DNA from: Cercozoa sp. M6MM
Taxonomy: Eukaryota; Protista; Endomyxa: Ascetosporea
NCBI GenBank assembly: GCA_040357565.1
Contig: JBDODJ010000002.1
Reading direction: 5' to 3' (one strand)
DNA: 64,000 nucleotides
Part shown: positions 61,390 through 64,000 of the stretch, piece by piece
How positions within the stretch are numbered: position 1 is the first letter of the stretch
Layout of the letters: the number at the start of each line of letters is the position of its first letter
Notes under the pieces: model-generated
Seen by the model: only the letters and a program-made list of their open reading frames with translations
Database searches by the model: none
Told to the model about the DNA's origin: nothing
Position numbers and translations under genes: made by a program

Positions 61390-64000
61390 TGTATGCTTTG
61401 GAGGAACTTCTGTATGTCTGGCAGAGGTGGACCGCACGCTTTTGCTGTGCAAGCGATGCAAGAAAGTGGTACCTAGCTCCCTCTTCTTTTGACGTCTGCC
61501 TTATCGTGTTATAGGAGTCGATGGAGACGTGCGAGACGCATGGACCGGAATACGTGCAGTTCAAATGTCGCTACTGCTGCTCACTTAGTCGTACGCTCGT
61601 CTTTTCTCGTTTGCTGTTGTTGTTGTTCCGTTGCTGGATGACGCTGTATCGCATGATGTTGTATTGCATGATGTGTATCATGGTCGTATTGATTTGGTTT
61701 GTATGATGTTGATGTTTTATTGTGTGATGTTGTGTATCTTGCTGTCCCACTTTGTAGTGTCTGATGTTATGTTGTCTGGGTGTTATGTTGTATGATTTTG
61801 TATTGTCTGATGTTGGATTGTAATTGTATGATATTGTGTGATGGTGCATTGTATCGTGTTGTGCATGGTGTTGTATATGTTGCATTGTATGATATTGTGT
61901 TGTATGATGTTGCATTTTAATTGTATGATATTGTGCTGTGTGATGTTGTATTGTATCATGTTGCGTTGTATGATGTTTTATTGTGTGATGTATGTTGATG
62001 TTGTATTGTGTGTCGTTTTATTGTATGATGTTACATTGTATGATGTTACATTGTATGATGTTACATTGTATGATGATACATTGCATGATGTTACATTGCA
62101 TGATGTTACATTGCATGATGTTACATTGCATGATGTTACATTGCATGATGTTGCATTGCATGATGTTGCATTGCATGATGTTGCATTGCATGATGTTACA
62201 TTATGATGTTGCATTGCATGATGTTACATTGTATGATGTTGCATTGCATGATGTTACATTGTATGATGTTACATTGTATGATGTTACATTGTATGATGTT
62301 ACATNNNNNNNNNNATTGTATGATGTTACATTGTATGATGTTACATTGTATGATGTTACATGATGTTGCATTGCTTGATGTTGCATGATGTTGTATGATG
62401 TTGCATTTTATATATTGCCGTATTGCATGATGTTGCGTTGCATGATTGCATGATGTTGCATTTATATGATTTTACATTGTTTGATGTTTGATCGACGTGT
62501 GATTTTGTTTTGTCTTGTGTTCTGTGTGGCTTGTTGTTTTTGTTTGTTATGTTGGATTTGCTGAAGTCTTTTGATGCACCACAGGTTTTCATTGCTGGGG
62601 CTGCTGCCATTTCTGCAAGGAGTGGTACCTTCTGTTCTTGTTTTCGTCAGGTTGATAGGATGTTCCACGTGGCCAACTTCCATCAGAGTACGTGTGTGTG
62701 TGATGATAGCCACAAAACGAGTGTCTGGGAGACACTGAGTACGTACTCGACGGTACGCCTCATTGTTTGTTGTTTTGTTGTTGTTCTTTGTTCATTGTCG
62801 TACTGATGTTCCTTATTTTCATGTAGTTGTTGTATATCTTGTGTCCTCTTCTAATCGTGTTGTTTGATAGCAATTTTGTTGTTGCATATTGCTCTTGTTT
62901 TTTGTGTTGTTGTTGTAAATTTAATGTTATGTATTTATTGCATGCATTGTTTGTTGTTGGTTGTGTGTTGCATTTTATGTTATGTATATGTAGTGTTTCT
63001 TGTTGTTGTATCTTGTATGTTATGTATTCTATATGTATTGTTGTTGTGTTGTATTGTCTGTTATTATTGTTGTGTTGTATTGTCTGTTATTATTGTTGTG
63101 TTGTCTGTTTTTTAAATGCTGTTGTCTTGTATTGTATCGGATTGTACGATGTGTATTGTACGATATTGTACGATGTCTATTGTATTGTACGATGTATATT
63201 GTATTGTATGATGTATATTGTATTGTACGATGTATATTTTATTGTAGCGTACGGTGTATGTCTTATGTTGTTGTCTTGATAATTCTGGTGTTTCTTATGT
63301 ATAGGGCAAGAACAAGCGATGCATCGAAGAGTACTTTTTTAAAAATATACTTCTTTGACACATATTTCTTTTTCTGTTACTATCGACTGCCCCTGTTTAG
63401 ATATGAGCAGTGTGAGTCGCTGCGCGAGCAGATTCATGAAGTCGTGCGCCGTTTTTGCGAGCGACACGAGCTTCCCCGTGGAGTGGGTCTGAACCACGAA
63501 CTGCGCCCACAGCTCGATGAAGGTAGCACCATGTTCAATTCTCTTGCCTCTGTCATAACTTCCTCCTTGCTCTTTTGCTTTACCTATTCCCCTTTTCTAC
63601 TGGTAGAACTAAAGGTGCTGCGTTGTGACCCAAGTCGGTGCAAGCTTGGCATCCGCCATGCCCCGAACGGTTTCGAGTTCGGCATCGGCTGCGTGCTATG
63701 CAACGACGCCAAGGTGTGTTTTACCATCCTTTTTACCGCGTTGGGGCTTTGATCATTTTTCATCCGTTTACTCCTTTCTCATTTAGGAAAGTGATCGCAA
63801 CGAGGCTGCGCGCGCACAGGCTAAACTGCAGATTCTGTATTATTTCTGCTTCTTTGTTTTTTTAAAATGATGCTGACTTGCCCTTCCGGTGCAGCCGACG
63901 AATCGGGCAGGTTCGCAGTGCGATTGCGCGCGTTGAAAGTGATCCCTGGAATATCACGTTGGAGCAGTGTGTATGTTGCTCTTCACGAGACCGTTCTCAT
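57141..64000 (+). CDS. MYCBP2/PHR-type RING-Cys-relay (RCR) E3 ligase with N-terminal ubiquitin-like, C2 and IBR domains; continues beyond window
   Basis: Ubl (RVPLEVPPECTVSFLKR..LFGGRSLRDEATLGSLGL); C2 (VRLESAQQL.DGAVDAYV..LRVECFD..SDRPLGHA); IBR (RCPQC..QC..CEATFCAQC..PFHTGDTC); CRFC; RING (CVVC..CGHIVHIRCIRQRLTNGWPG|ARVTFGFASCPHC); tandem-Cys domain (YAYFQ|CYECHEAYFAGDVEC; CETHGPEYVQFKCRYCC; FHCWG..HFCKECH; CKLGIRHAPNGFEFGIGCVLC). Confidence 0.9.
61316..61386. repeat. (TG)n microsatellite, intronic
   Basis: Seen directly. Confidence 0.95.
62021..62400. repeat. 15-bp minisatellite (TTRCATTGYATGATG)n inside a ~1 kb intron, with degenerate flanks from ~61650 and an N gap
   Basis: About 20 tandem units; gives spurious YDVTL/CMMLH/NVTSC ORFs. 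Confidence 0.92.

Noticed and set aside
61571-63279. Long ORFs of YDVTL/CMMLH/NVTSC repeats and Cys/Val/Tyr-rich ORFs
   Set aside because: Translations of intronic minisatellite and low-complexity DNA inside the RCR gene.
1-64000. Alternative genetic code, or introner-type repeated introns
   Set aside because: TAA, TAG and TGA all end recognisable genes, and in-frame stops resolve by splicing. Introns share composition, but I saw no alignable repeated intron sequence.

Overview
Gene-dense eukaryotic DNA, probably from an intron-rich protist (inference). About 20 genes are broken by many short (mostly 40-100 nt) spliceosomal introns, so the six-frame ORF track is largely spurious. Gene models below were spliced by eye and their ends are approximate. 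Recognisable genes: phenylalanine hydroxylase, a TALE homeobox protein, a TLC-domain membrane protein, a TRPC4AP/TRUSS-like protein, phytochelatin synthase, BAP31, a HEATR6-like protein, an FGD-like RhoGEF with an apparently duplicated DH-PH-FYVE cassette, a secreted protein of 7 Cys-rich repeats, a defensin-like Cys module, a DENND4-like Rab GEF with an RGS-like tail, a GT92-like glycosyltransferase, VPS26C, a G-alpha subunit and RCE1. The most striking gene is a MYCBP2-type RING-Cys-relay (RCR) E3 ligase with an unusual Ubl-C2-IBR N-terminus and an altered acceptor pocket. Non-coding candidates are a direct-repeat-flanked structured element at ~25.3-25.5 kb and intronic microsatellites resembling the 5' splice-site motif. 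No rRNA, tRNA, CRISPR array or transposase was recognised.
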